From Eledone cirrhosa (lineage: Eukaryota): a stretch of DNA of 64,000 nucleotides. The first letter of the stretch is position 1, and every line of letters begins with the position of its first letter. Below are positions 1-15,000 of this stretch, piece by piece. The position numbers and the translations under genes are program-made. The stretch covers positions 343,728,001 to 343,792,000 of the forward strand of contig OZ024742.1 of NCBI GenBank assembly GCA_964016885.1, in the 5' to 3' direction. The notes under the pieces are model-generated. The model searched no databases. It was not told the DNA's origin and worked only from the letters and a program-made list of their open reading frames with translations.

Positions 1-3000
1 TATGGTGTGGTATACTGAGATACAGTCACAGTATGGTGTGATATACTGAGATACAGTCACAGTATGGTGTGGTACACTGAGATACAGTCACAGCATGGTG
101 TGATATACTGAGATACACTCACAGTATGGTGTGGTATACTGAGATACAGTCACAGTATGGTGTGGAACACTGAGATACAGTCACAATATGGTGTGGTATA
201 CTGAGATACCCCCGATGTATGGTGTGATATACTGAGATACAGTCACAGTATGGTGTGATATACTGAGATACAGTCACAGTATGGTGTGAGATACTGAGAT
301 ACAGTCACAGTATGGTGTGGTTTACTGAGATACAGTCACAGATGGTGTGATAAACTGAGAGACACCCACAGTATGGTGTGATATATTGAGATACACCCAC
401 AGTATGGTGTGATATACTGAGATACACCCACAGTATGGTGTGATATACTGAGATACAGTCACATTATGGTGTGATATACTGAGATACAGTCACAGTATGG
501 TGTGGTATACTGAGATACAGTCACAGTATGGTGTGGTACACTGAGATACAGTCACAGTATGGTGTGATATACTGAGATACAGTCACAGTATGGTGTGAGA
601 TACTGAGATACAGTCACAGTATGGTGTGGTATACTGAGATACAATCACAGTATGGTGTGGCATACTGAGATACAGTCACAGTATGGTGTGGTACACTGAG
701 ATACAGTCACAGTATGGTGTGAGATACTGAGATACAGTCACAGTATGGTGTGATATACTGAGATACAGTCACAGTATGGTGTGAGATACTGAGATACAGT
801 CACAGTATGGTGTGGTACACTGAGATACAGTCACAGTATGGTGTGGTTTACTGAGATACAGTCACAGTATGGTGTGAGATACTGAGATACAGTCAAAGTA
901 TGGTGTGGTACACTGAGATACAGTCAGAGTATGGTGTGATAAACTGAGATACAGTCACAGTATGGTGTGATATACTGAGATACACCCACAGTATGGTGTG
1001 ATATACTGAGATACAGTCACAGTATGGTGTGATATACTGAGATACAGTCACAGTATGGTGTGGTACACTGAGATACAGTCAAAGTGTGGTGTGGTTTACT
1101 GAGATACAGTCACAGTTTGGTGTCGTATACTGAGATACACCCACAGTATGGTGTGATATACTGAGATACAGTCACAGTCTGGTGTGATATAGTGAGATAC
1201 ACCCACAGTATGGTGTGGTAGACTGAGATACAGTCACACTATGGTGTGATATACTGAGATACAGTCACAGTATGGTGTGGTATACTGAGATACGGTCAGA
1301 GTATGGTGTGATATACTGAGATACAGTCACAGTATGGTGTGATATACTGAGATACAGTCACAGTATGGTGTGATATACTGAGATACAGTCACAGTATGGT
1401 GTGATATACTGAGATACAGTCAGAGTATGGTGTGGTATACTGAGATAGAGTCACAGTATGGTGTGGTATACTGAGATACAGTCAGAGTATGGTGTGGTAC
1501 ACTGAGATACGGTCACAGTATGGTGTGATATACTGAGATACAGTCAGAGTATGGTGTGATATACTGAGATACAGTCACAGTATGGTGTGGTACACTGAGA
1601 TACAGTCACAGCATGGTGTGATATACTGAGATACACTCACAGTATGGTGTGGTATACTGAGATACAGTCAGAGTATGGTGTGGTATACTGAGATACAGTC
1701 ACAGTATGGTGTGATATACTGAGATACAGTCACAGTATGGTGTGAGATACTGAGATACAGTCACAGTATGGTGTGGTTTACTGAGATACAGTCACCGTAT
1801 GGTGTGATATACTGAGATACACCCACAGTATGGTGTAGTACACTGAGATACAGTCACAGTATGGTGTTAGATACTGAGATACACTCACAGAATGGTGTGA
1901 TATACTGAGATACACTCACAGTATGGTGTGAGATACTGACATACAGTCACAGTATGGTGTGGTTTACTGACATACAGTCACAGTATGGTGTGGTATACTG
2001 AGATACAGTCACAGTATGGTGTGATATACTGAGATACAGTCACAGTATGGTGTGATATACTGAGATACACCCACAGAATGGTGTGGTACACTGAGATACA
2101 GTCAGAGTGTGGTGTGGTATACTGAGATACAGTCACAGTATGGTGTGAGATACTGAGATACAGTCTCAGTATGGTGTGGTATACTGAGATACAATCACAG
2201 TATGGTGTGGCATACTGAGATACAGTCACAGTATGGTGTGGTACACTGAGATACAGTCACAGTATGGTGTGAGATACTGAGATACAGTCACAATATGGTG
2301 TGAGATACTGAGATACACTCACAGTATGTTGTGATATACTGAGATACAGTCACAGTATGGTGTGGTATACTGAGATACACTCACAGTATGGTGTGGTATA
2401 CTGAGATACAGTTACAGTATGGTGTGGTATACTGAGATACAGTCACAGTATGGTGTGATAAACTGAGATACACTCACAGTATGGTGTGATATACTGAGAT
2501 ACAGTCACAGTATGGTGTGATATACTGAGATACAGTCACAGTATGGTGTGGTATACAGAGATACAGTCACAGTATGGTGTGGTATACTGAGATACAGTCA
2601 CAGTATGGTGTGGTACACTGAGATACAGTCACAGTATGGTGTGGTTTACTGAGATACAGTCACAGAATGGTGTGATAAACTGAGATACACCCACAGTATG
2701 GTGTGATATACTGAGATACACCCACAGTATGGTGTGATATACTGAGATACACCCACAGTATGGTGTGATATACTGAGATACAGTCACAGTATGGTGTGAT
2801 ATACTGAGATACAGTCACAGTATGGTGTGGTACACTGAGATACAGTCAAAGTATGGTGTGGTTTACTGAGATACAGTCACAGTTTGGTGTGGTATACTGA
2901 GATACACCCACAGTATGGTGTGATATACTGAGATACAGTCACAGTATGGTGTGGTAGACTGAGATACAGTCACATTATGGTGTGATATACTGAGATACAG

Positions 3001-6000
3001 TCACAGTATGGTGTGGTATACTGAGATACAGTCACAGTATGGTGTGGTACACTGAGATACAGTCACAGTATGGTGTGGTATACTGAGATACAGTCAGAGT
3101 ATGGTGTGATATACTGAGATACAGTCACAGTATGGTGTGATATACTGAGATACAGTCACAGTATGGTGTGATATACTGAGATACAGTCAGAGTATGGTGT
3201 GGTATACTGAGATACAGTCACAGTATGGTGTGGTATACTGAGATACAGTCAGAGTATGGTGTTGTACACTGAGATACAGTCACAGTATGGTGTGATATAC
3301 TGAGATACAGTCAGAGTAAGGTGTGATATACTGAGATACTGTCACAGTATGGTGTGGTACACTGAGATACAGTCACAGCATGGTGTGATATACTGAGATA
3401 CACTCACAGTATGGTGTGGTATACTGAGATACAGTCACAGTATGGTGTGGTACACTGAGATACAGTCACAATATGGTGTGGTATACTGAGATACAGTCAC
3501 AGTATGGTGTGATATACTGAGATACAGTCATAGTGTGGTGTGAGATACTGAGATACAGTCACAGTATGGTGTGGTTTACCGAGATACAGTCACAGTATGG
3601 TGTGTTATACTGAGATACAGTCACAGTATGGTGTGATATACTGAGATACAGTCACAGTGTGGTGTGAGATACTGAGATACAGTCACAGTATGGTGTGAGA
3701 TACTGAGATACAGTCACAGTATGGTGTGGTACACAGAGATAGAGTCATAGTATGGTGTGGTATACTGAGATACAGTCACAGTATGGTGTGGTACACTGAG
3801 ATACAGTCAGAGTATGGTGTGGTATACTGAGATACACTCACAGTATGGTGTGAGATACTGAGATTCAGTCACAGTATGGTGTGGTATACTGAGAGACAGT
3901 TACAGTATGGTGTGAGATACTGAGATACAGTCACAGTATGGTGTGGTATACTGAGATACAGTCACAGTATGGTGTGGTACACTGAGATACACCCACAGCA
4001 TGGTGTGGTTTACTGAGATACAGTCACAGTATGGTGTGGTACACTGAGATACACCCACAGTATGGTGTGGTTCACTGAGATACAGTCACAGTATGGTGTG
4101 CTACACTGAGATACACTCACAGTATGGTGTGGTATACTGAGATACAGTCACAGTATGATGTGGTACACTGAGATACAGTGACAGTATGGTGTGGTACACT
4201 GAGATACAGTCACAATATGGTGTTAGATACTGAGATACAGTCACAGTATGGTGTGATATACTGAGATACAGTCACAGTATTGTGTGATATACCGAGATAA
4301 ACCCACAGTATGGTGTGGTACACTGAGATACAGTCAGAGTATGGTGTGGTATACTGAGATACAGTCACAGTATGGTGTGGTATACTGAGATACAGTCACA
4401 GTATGGTGTGATATACTGAGATACACCCACAGTATGGTGTGGTATACTGAGATACAGTCACAGTATGGTGTGGTACACTGAGATACAGTCACAGTATGGT
4501 GTGATATACTGAAATACAGTCACAGTATGGTGTGAGATACTGAGATACAGTCACAGTATGGTGTGGTTTACTGAGATACAGTCACAGTATGGTGTGATAT
4601 ACTGAGATACACCCACAGTATGGTGTAGTACACTGAGATACAGTCACAGTATGGTGTTAGATACTGAGATACACTCACAGTATGGTGTGATATACTGAGA
4701 TACACTCACAGTATGGTGTGAGATACTGAGATACAGTCACAGTATGGTGTGGTTTACTGACATACAGTCACAGTATGGTGTGGTATACTGAGATACAGTA
4801 ACAGTATGGTGTGATATACTGAGATACAGTCACAGTATGGTGTGATATACTGAGATACACCCACAGAATGGTGTGGTACACTGAGATACAGTCAGAGTGT
4901 GTTGTGGTATACTGAGATATAGTCACAGTATGGTGTGAGATACTGAGATACAGTCTCAGTATGGTGTGGTATACTGAGATACAATCACAGTATGGTGTGG
5001 CATACTGAGATACAGTCACAGTATGGTGTGGTACACTGAGATACAGTCACAGTATGGTGTGAGATACTGAGATACAGTCACAATATGGTGTGAGATACTG
5101 AGATACAGTCACAGTATGGTGTGATATACTGAGATACAGTCACAGTTTGGTGTGGTATACTGAGATACGGTCACAGTATGGTGTGGTATACTGAGATACA
5201 GTTACAGTATGGTGTGGTATACTGAGATACAGTCACAGTATGGTGTGATAAACTGAGATACACTCACAGTATGGTGTGATATACTGAGATACATTCACAG
5301 TATGGTGTGATATACTGAGATACAGTCACAGTATGGTGTGGTATACTGAGATACAGTCACAGTATGGTGTGGTATACTGAGATACAGTCACAGTATGGTG
5401 TGGTACACTGAGATACAGTCACAGTATGGTGTGGTTTACTGAGATACAGTCACAGAATGGTGTGATAAACTGAGATACACCCACAGTATGGTGTGATATA
5501 CTGAGATACACCCACAGTATGGTGTGATATACTGAGATACACCCACAGTATGGTGTGATATACTGAGATACAGTCACAGTATGGTGTGATATACTGAGAT
5601 ACAGTCACAGTATGGTGTGGTACACTGAGATAAGTCAAAGTATGGTGTGGTTTACTGAGATACAGTCACAGTTTGGTGTGGTATACTGCGATACACCCAC
5701 AGTATGGTGTGATATACTGAGATACAGTCACAGTATGGTGTGGTAGACTGAGATACAGTCACATTATGGTGTGATATACTGAGATACAGTCACAGTATGG
5801 TGTGGTATACTGAGATACAGTCACACTATGGTGTGGTACACTGAGATACAGTCACAGTATGGTGTGGTATACTGAGATACAGTCAGAGTATGGTGTGATA
5901 TACTGAGATACAGTCACAGTATGGTGTGATATACTGAGATACAGTCACAGTATGGTGTGATATACTGAGATACAGTCAGAGTATGGTGTGGTATACTGAG

Positions 6001-9000
6001 ATAGAGTCACAGTATGGTGTGGTATACTGAGATACAGTCAGAGTATGGTGTGGTACACTGAGATACAGTCACAGTATGGTGTGATATACTGTGATACAGT
6101 CAGAGTAAGGTGTGATATACTGAGATACAGTCACAGTATGGTGTGGTACACTGAGATACAGTCACAGCATGGTGTGATATACTGAGATACACTCACAGTA
6201 TGGTGTGGTATACTGAGATACAGTCACAGTATGGTGTGGTACACTGAGATACAGTCACAATATGGTGTGGTATACTGAGATACCGCCAATGTATGGTGTG
6301 ATATACTGAGATACAGTCACAGTATGGTGTGATATACTGAGATACACCCACAGTATGGTGTAGTACACTGAGATACAGTCACAGTATGGTGTTAGAAACT
6401 GAGATACAGTCACAGTGTGGTGTGAGATACTGAGATACAGTCACAGTATGGTGTGAGATACTGAGATACAGTCACAGTATGGTGTGGTACACAGAGATAG
6501 AGTCACAGTATGGTGTGGTATACTGAGATACAGTCACAGTATGGTGTGGTACACTGAGATACAGTCAGAGTATGGTGTGGTATACTGAGATACACTCACA
6601 GTATGGTGTGAGATACTGAGATACAGTCACAGTATGGTGTGATATACTGAGATACAGTCACAGTATAGTGTGGTATACTGAGATACAGTCACAGTATGGT
6701 GTGAGATACTGAGATACAGTCACAGTATGGTGTGATATACTGAGATACAGTCACAGTATGGTGTGATATACTGAGATACACTCACAGTATGGTGTGCTAT
6801 ACTGAGATACACTCACAGTATGTTGTGGTACACTGAGATACAGTCACAGTATGGTGTGGTACACTGAGATACAGTCACAGTATGGTGTGAGATACTGAGA
6901 TACAGTCACAGTATGGTGTGCTATACTGAGATACACTCACAGTATGGTGTGGTATACTGTGATACAGTCACAGTATGGTGTGGTATACTGAGATACAGTC
7001 ACAGTATGGTGTGGTATACTGAGATACAGTCACAGTATGGTGTGATATGCTGAGATACACTCACAGTATGGTGTGGCACACTGAGATACAGTCAGAGTAT
7101 GGTGTGGTATACTGAGGTACAGTCACAGTATGGTGTGAGATACTGAGATACAGTCACAGTATGGTGTGATATACTGAGATACAGTCACAGTATGGTGTGA
7201 TATACTGAGATACAGTCACAGTATGGTGTGGTATACTGAGATACAGTCACAGTATGGTGTGAGATAATGAGATACAGTCACAGTATGGTGTGATATACTG
7301 AGATACAGTCACAGTATGGTGTGATATACTGAAATACAGTCACAATATGGTGTGATAAACTGAGATACACCCACAGTATGGTGTGGTATACCGAGATACG
7401 GTCACAGTATGGTGTGGTATACTGAGATAGCACCACAGTATTGTATGGTATACTGAGATACAGTCACAGTATGGTGTGATATATTGAGATACTGTCACAG
7501 TATGGTGTGATATACTGAGATACAGTCACAGTATGGTGTGGTATACTGAGATACAGTCACAGTATGGTGTGGTATACTGAGGTACAGTCACAGTATGGTG
7601 TGATATACTGAGATACAGTCACAGTATGGTGTGGTATACTGAGATACAGTCACAGTATGGAGTGGCATACTGAGATACCCCCACAGTATGGTGTGATATA
7701 TTGAGATACAGTCACAGTATGGTGTGATATACTGAGATACACTCACAGTATGGTGTGAGATACTGAGATACAGTCACAGTATGGTGTGATATACTGAGAT
7801 ACAGTCACAGTATGGTGTGGTACACTGAGATACAGTCACAGTGTGGTGTGAGATACTGAGATACAGTCACAGTGTGGTGTGAGATACTGAGATACAGTCA
7901 CAGTATGGTGTGAGATACTGAAATACAGTCACAGTATGGTGAGGTACACTGAGATACACTCACAGTATGGTGTGGTACACTGAGATACAGTCACAGTATG
8001 GTGTGGTACACTGAGATACAGTCACAATATGGTGTGAGATACTGAGATACAATCACAGTATGGTGTGAGATACTGAGATACACTCACATTATGGTGTGGT
8101 ATACTGAGATACAGTCACACTATGGTGTGGTACACTGAGATACAGTCACAGTATGGTGTGGTATACTGAGATACAGTCTCAGTATGGTGTGATATACTGA
8201 GATACAGTCACAGTATGGTGTGGTATACTGAGATACAGTCACAGTACGGTGTGATATACTGAGATACAGTCACAGTATGGTGTGATATACTGAGATACAG
8301 TCACAGTATGGTGTGATATACTGAGATACAGTCACAGTATGGTGTGCTATACTGAGATACACTCACAGTATGGTGTGGTACACTGAGATACAGTCACAGT
8401 ATCGTGTGGTACACTGAGATACAGTCACATTATGGTGTGAGATACTGAGATACAGTCACAGTATGGTGTGGTATACTGAGATACAGTCACAGTATGGTGT
8501 GGTATACTGAGATACAGTCACAGTATGGTGTGATATACTGAGATACAGTCACAGTATGGTGTGATATACTGCGATACAGTCACAGTATGGTGTGCCATAC
8601 TGAGATAAACTCACAGTATGGTGTGGTACACTGAGATACAGTCACAGTATGGTGTGGTACACTGAGATACAGTCACAGGATGGTGTGAGATACTGAGATA
8701 GAGTCACAGTATGGTGTGCTATTCTGAGATACACTCACAGTATGGTGTGGTATACTGAGATACAGTCACATTATGGTGTGGTACACTGAGATACACCCAC
8801 AGTATGGTGTGGTTTACTGAGATACAGTCACAGTATGGTGTGGTACACGGAGATACACCCACAGTATGGTGTGGTTTACTGAGATACAGTCACAGTATGG
8901 TGTGCTACACTGAGGTACACTCACACTATGGTGTGGTATACTGAGATACAGTCACAGTATGATGTGGTACACTGAGATACAGTGACAGTATGGTGTGGTA

Positions 9001-12000
9001 CACTGAGATACAGTCACAATATGGTGTGAGATACTGAGATACAGTCACAGTATGGTGTGATATACAGAGATACAGTCACTGTATGGTGTGATATACTGAG
9101 ATACACCCACAATATGGTGTGGTACACTGAGATACAGTCAGAGTATGGTGTGGTATACTGAGATACAGTCACAGTATGGTGTGATATACTGAGATACACC
9201 CACAGTATGGTGTGGTATACTGAGATACAGTCACAGTATGGTGTGGTACACTGAGATACAGTCACAGTATGGTGTGATATACTGAGATAGAGCCACAGTA
9301 TGGTGTGGTACACTGAGATACACCCACAGTATGGTATGATATACTGAGAAACAGTCACAGTATGGTGTGGTATACTGAGATACAGTCGCAGTAGGGTATG
9401 ATATACTGAGATACAGTCACAGTATGGTGTGGTATACTGAGATACAGTCACAGTATGGTGTGATATACTGAGATACAGTCACAGTATGGCGTGGTACACT
9501 GACATACAGTCACAGTATGGTGTGGTTTATGGAGATACAGTCACAGTATGGTGTGATATAGTGAGATAGAGTCACAGTATGGTGTGATATACTGAGATAC
9601 ACCCACAGTATGGTGTGATATACTGAGATACAGTCATAGTATGGTGTGATATACTGAGACACACCCATAGTATGGTGTCGTATACTGAGATACAGTGATA
9701 GTATGGTGTGATATACTGAGATACAGTTACAGTATGTTGTGGCATACTGAGATACAGTCAGAGTATGGTGTGATATACTGAGATACAGTCAGAGTATGGT
9801 GTGGTACACTGAGATACAGTCACAGTATGGTGTGATATACTGAGATACAGTCACAGTATGGTGTGGTATACTGAGATACAGTCACAGTATGGTGTGGTAT
9901 ACTGAGATACAGTCACAGTATGGTGTGATATGCTGAGATACACTCACAGTATGGTGTGGCACACTGAGATACAGTCAGAGTATGGTGTGGTATACTGAGG
10001 TACAGTCACAGTATTGTGTGAGATACTGAGATACAGTCACAGTATGGTGTGATATACTGAGATACAGTCACAGTATGGTGTGATATACTGAGATACAGTC
10101 ACAGTATGGTGTGGTATACTGAGATACAGTCACAGTATGGTGTGAGATAATGAGATACAGTCACAGTATGGTGTGATATACTGAGATACAGTCACAGTAT
10201 GGTGTGATATACTGAAATACAGTCACAATATGGTGGGATAAACTGAGATACACCCACAGTATGGTGTGGTATACCGAGATACGGTCACAGTATGGTGTGG
10301 TATACTGAGATACCACCACAGTATTGTATGGTATACTGAGATACAGTCACAGTATGGTGTGATATATTGAGATACTGTCACAGTATGGTGTGATATACTG
10401 AGATACAGTCACAGTATGGTGTGGTATACTGAGATACAGTCACAGTATGGTGTGGTATACTGAGATACAGTCACAGTATGGTGTGGTATACTGAGATACA
10501 GTCACAGTATGGTGTGATATACTGAGATACAGTCACAGTCTGGTGTGGTATACTGAGGTACAGTCACAGTATGGTGTGATATACTGAGATACAGTCACAG
10601 TATGGTGTGGTATACTGAGATACAGTCACAGTATCGAGTGGCATACCGAGATACCCCCACAGTATGGTGTGATATATTGAGATACAGTCACAGTATGGTG
10701 TGATATACTGAGATACACTCACAGTATGGTGTGAGATACTGAGATACAGTCACAGTATGGTGTGATATACTGAGATACAGTCACAGTATGGTGTGGTACA
10801 CTGAGATACAGTCACAGTGTGGTGTGAGATACTGAGATACAGTCACAGTGTTGTGTGAGATACTGAGATACAGTCACAGTATGGTGTGAGATACTGAAAT
10901 ACAGTCACAGTATGGTGTGGTACACTGAGATACACTCACAGTATGGTGTGGTACACTGAGATACAGTCACAGTATGGTGTGGTACACTGAGATACAGTCA
11001 CATTATGGTGTGAGATACTGAGATACAATCACAGTATGGTGTGAGATACTGAGATACACTCACATTATGGTGTGGTATACTGAGATACAGTCACACTATG
11101 GTGTGGTACACTGAGATACAGTCACAGTATGGTGTGGTATACTGAGATACAGTCTCAGTATGGTGTGATATACTGAGATACAGTCACAGTATGGTGTGGT
11201 ATACTGAGATACAGTCACAGTATGGTGTGATATACTGAGATACAGTCACAGTATGGTGTGATATACTGAGATACAGTCACAGTATGGTGTGATATACTGA
11301 GATACAGTCACAGTATGGTGTGCTATACTGAGATACACTCACAGTATGGTGTGGTACACTGAGATACAGTCACAGTATCGTGTGGTACACTGAGATACAG
11401 TCACATTATGGTGTGAGATACTGAGATACAGTCACAGTATGGTGTGGTATACTGAGATACAGTCACAGTATGGTGTGGTATACTGAGATACAGTCACAGT
11501 ATGGTGTGATATACTGAGATACAGTCACAGTATGGTGTGATATACTGCGATACAGTCACAGTATGGTGTGCCATACTGAGATAAACTCACAGTATGGTGT
11601 GGTACACTGAGATACAGTCACAGTATGGTGTGGTACACTGAGATACAGTCACAGTATGGTGTGAGATACTGAGATACAGTCACAGTATGGTGTGCTATTC
11701 TGAGATACACTCACAGTATGGTGTGGTATACTGAGATACAGTCACATTATGGTGTGGTACATTGAGATACACCCACAGTATGGTGTGGTTTACTGAGATG
11801 CAGTCACAGTATGGTGTGGTACACTGAGATACACCCACAGTATGGTGTGGTTTACTGAGATACAGTCACAGTATGGTGTGCTACACTGAGGTACACTCAC
11901 ACTATGGCGTGGTATACTGAGATACAGTCACAGTATGATGTGGTACACTGAGATACAGTGACAGTATGGTGTGGTACACTGAGATACAGTCACAATATGG

Positions 12001-15000
12001 TGTGAGATACTGAGATAGAGTCACAGTATGGTGTGATATACAGAGATACAGTCACTGTATGGTGTGATATACTGAGATACACCCACAATATGGTGTGGTA
12101 CACTGAGATACAGTCAGAGTATGGTGTGGTATACTGAGATACAGTCACAGTATGGTGTGATATACTGAGATACACCCACAGTATGGTGTGGTATACTGAG
12201 ATACAGTCACAGTATTGTGTGGTACACTGAGATACAGTCACAGTATGGTGTGATATACTGAGATAGAGCCACAGTATGGTGTGGTACACTGAGATACACC
12301 CACAGTATGGTATGATATACTGAGAAACAGTCACAGTATGGTGTGGTATACTGAGATACAGTCGCAGTAGGGTATGATATACTGAGATACAGTCACAGTA
12401 TGGTGTGGTATACTGAGATACAGTCACAGTATGGTGTGATATACTGAGATACAGTCACAGTATGGCGTGGTACACTGAGATACAGTCACAGTATGGTGTG
12501 GTTTATGGAGATACAGTCACAGTATGGTGTGATATACTGAGATAGAGTCACAGTATGGTGTGATATACTGAGATACACCCACAGTATGGTGTGATATACT
12601 GAGATACAGTCATAGTATGGTGTGATATACTGAGACACACCCATAGTATGGTGTCGTATACTGAGATACAGTGATAGTATGGTGTGATATACTGAGATAC
12701 AGTTACAGTATGTTGTGGCATACTGAGATACAGTCAGAGTATGGTGTGATATACTGAGATACAGTCAGAGTATGGTGTGGTACACTGAGATACAGTCACA
12801 GTATGGTGTGATATACTGAGATACAGTCACAGTATGGTGTGGTATACTGAGATACAGTCACAGTATGGTGTGGTATACTGAGATACAGTCACAGTATGGT
12901 GTGATATGCTGAGATACACTCACAGTATGGTGTGGCACACTGAGATACAGTCAGAGTATGGTGTGGTATACTGAGGTACAGTCACAGTATTGTGTGAGAT
13001 ACTGAGATACAGTCACAGTATGGTGTGATATACTGAGATACAGTCACAGTATGGTGTGATATACTGAGATACAGTCACAGTATGGTGTGGTATACTGAGA
13101 TACAGTCACAGTATGGTGTGAGATAATGAGATACAGTCACAGTATGGTGTGATATACTGAGATACAGTCACAGTATGGTGTGATATACTGAAATACAGTC
13201 ACAATATGGTGGGATAAACTGAGATACAGCCACAGTATGGTGTGGTATACCGAGATACGGTCACAGTATGGTGTGGTATACTGAGATACCACCACAGTAT
13301 TGTATGGTATACTGAGATACAGTCACAGTATGGTGTGATATACTGAGATACACTCACAGTATGGTGTGAGATACTGAGATACAGTCTCAGTATGGTGTGA
13401 TATACTGAGATACAGTCACAGTATGGTGTGATATATTGAGATACTGTCACAGTACGGTGTGATATACTGAGATACAGTCACAGTATGGTGTGGTATACTG
13501 AGATACAGTCACAGTATGGTGTGGTATACTGAGATACAGTCACAGTATGGTGTGGTATACTGAGATACAGTCACAGTATGGTGTGATATACTGAGATACA
13601 GTCACAGTCTGGTGTGGTATACTGAGGTACAGTCACAGTATGGTGTGATATACTGAGATACAGTCACAGTATGGTGTGGTATACTGAGATACAGTCACAG
13701 TATGGAGTGGCATACTGAAATACCCCCACAGTATGGTGTGATATACTGAGATACAGTCACAGTATGGTGTGATATACTGAGATACAGTCACAGTATGATG
13801 TGGTACACTGAGATACAGTGACAGTATGGTGTGGTACACTGAGATAGTCACAGTATGGTGTAATATACTGAGATACAGTCACAGTATGGTGTGATATACT
13901 GAGATACACTCACAGTATGGTGTGAGATACTGAGATACAGTCACAGTATGGTGTGATATACTGAGATACAGTCACAGTATGGTGTGGTACACTGAGATAC
14001 AGTCACAGTGTGGTGTGAGATACTGAGATACAGTCACAGTGTGGTGTGAGATACTGAGATACAGTCACAGTATGGTGTGAGATACTGAGATACAGTCACA
14101 GTATGGTGTGGTACACTGAGATACACTCACAGTATGGTGTGGTACACTGAGATACAGTCACAGTATGGTGTGGTACACTGAGATACAGTCACATTATGGT
14201 GTGAGATACTGAGATACAGTCACAGTATGGTGTGGTATACTGAGATACAGTCACAGTATGGTGTGGTATACTGAGATACAGTCACAGTATGGTGTGATAT
14301 ACTGAGATACAGTCACAGTATGGTGTGATATACTGAGATACAGTCACAGTATGGTGTGCTATACTGAGATAAACTCACAGTATGGTGTGGTACACTGAGA
14401 TACAGTCCCAGTATGGTGTGGTACACTGATATACAGTCACAGTATGGTGTGAGATACTGAGATACAGTCACAGTATGGTGTGCTATTCTGAGATACACTC
14501 ACAGAATGGTGTGGTATACTGAGATACAGTCACAGTATGGTGTGGTACACTGAGATACACCCACAGTATGGTGTGGTTTACTGAGATACAGTCACAGTAT
14601 GGTGTGCTACACTGAGATACACTCACAGTATGGTGTGGTATACTGAGATACTGTCACAGTATGATGTGGTACACTGAGATACAGTGACAGTATGGTGTGG
14701 TACACTGAGATAGTCACAGTATGGTGTGGTATACTGAGATACAGTCACAATATGGTGTGAGATACTGAGATACAGTCACAGTATGGTGTGATAAACTGAG
14801 ATACAGTCACAGTATGGTGTGATATACTGAGATACACCCACAGTATGGTGTGGTACACTGAGATACAGTCAGAGTATGGTGTGGTATACTGAGATACTGT
14901 CACAGTATGGTGTGGTACACTGAGATACAGTCACAGTATGGTGTGGTATACTGAGATACAGTCACAATATGGTGTGAGATACTGAGATACAGTCACAGTA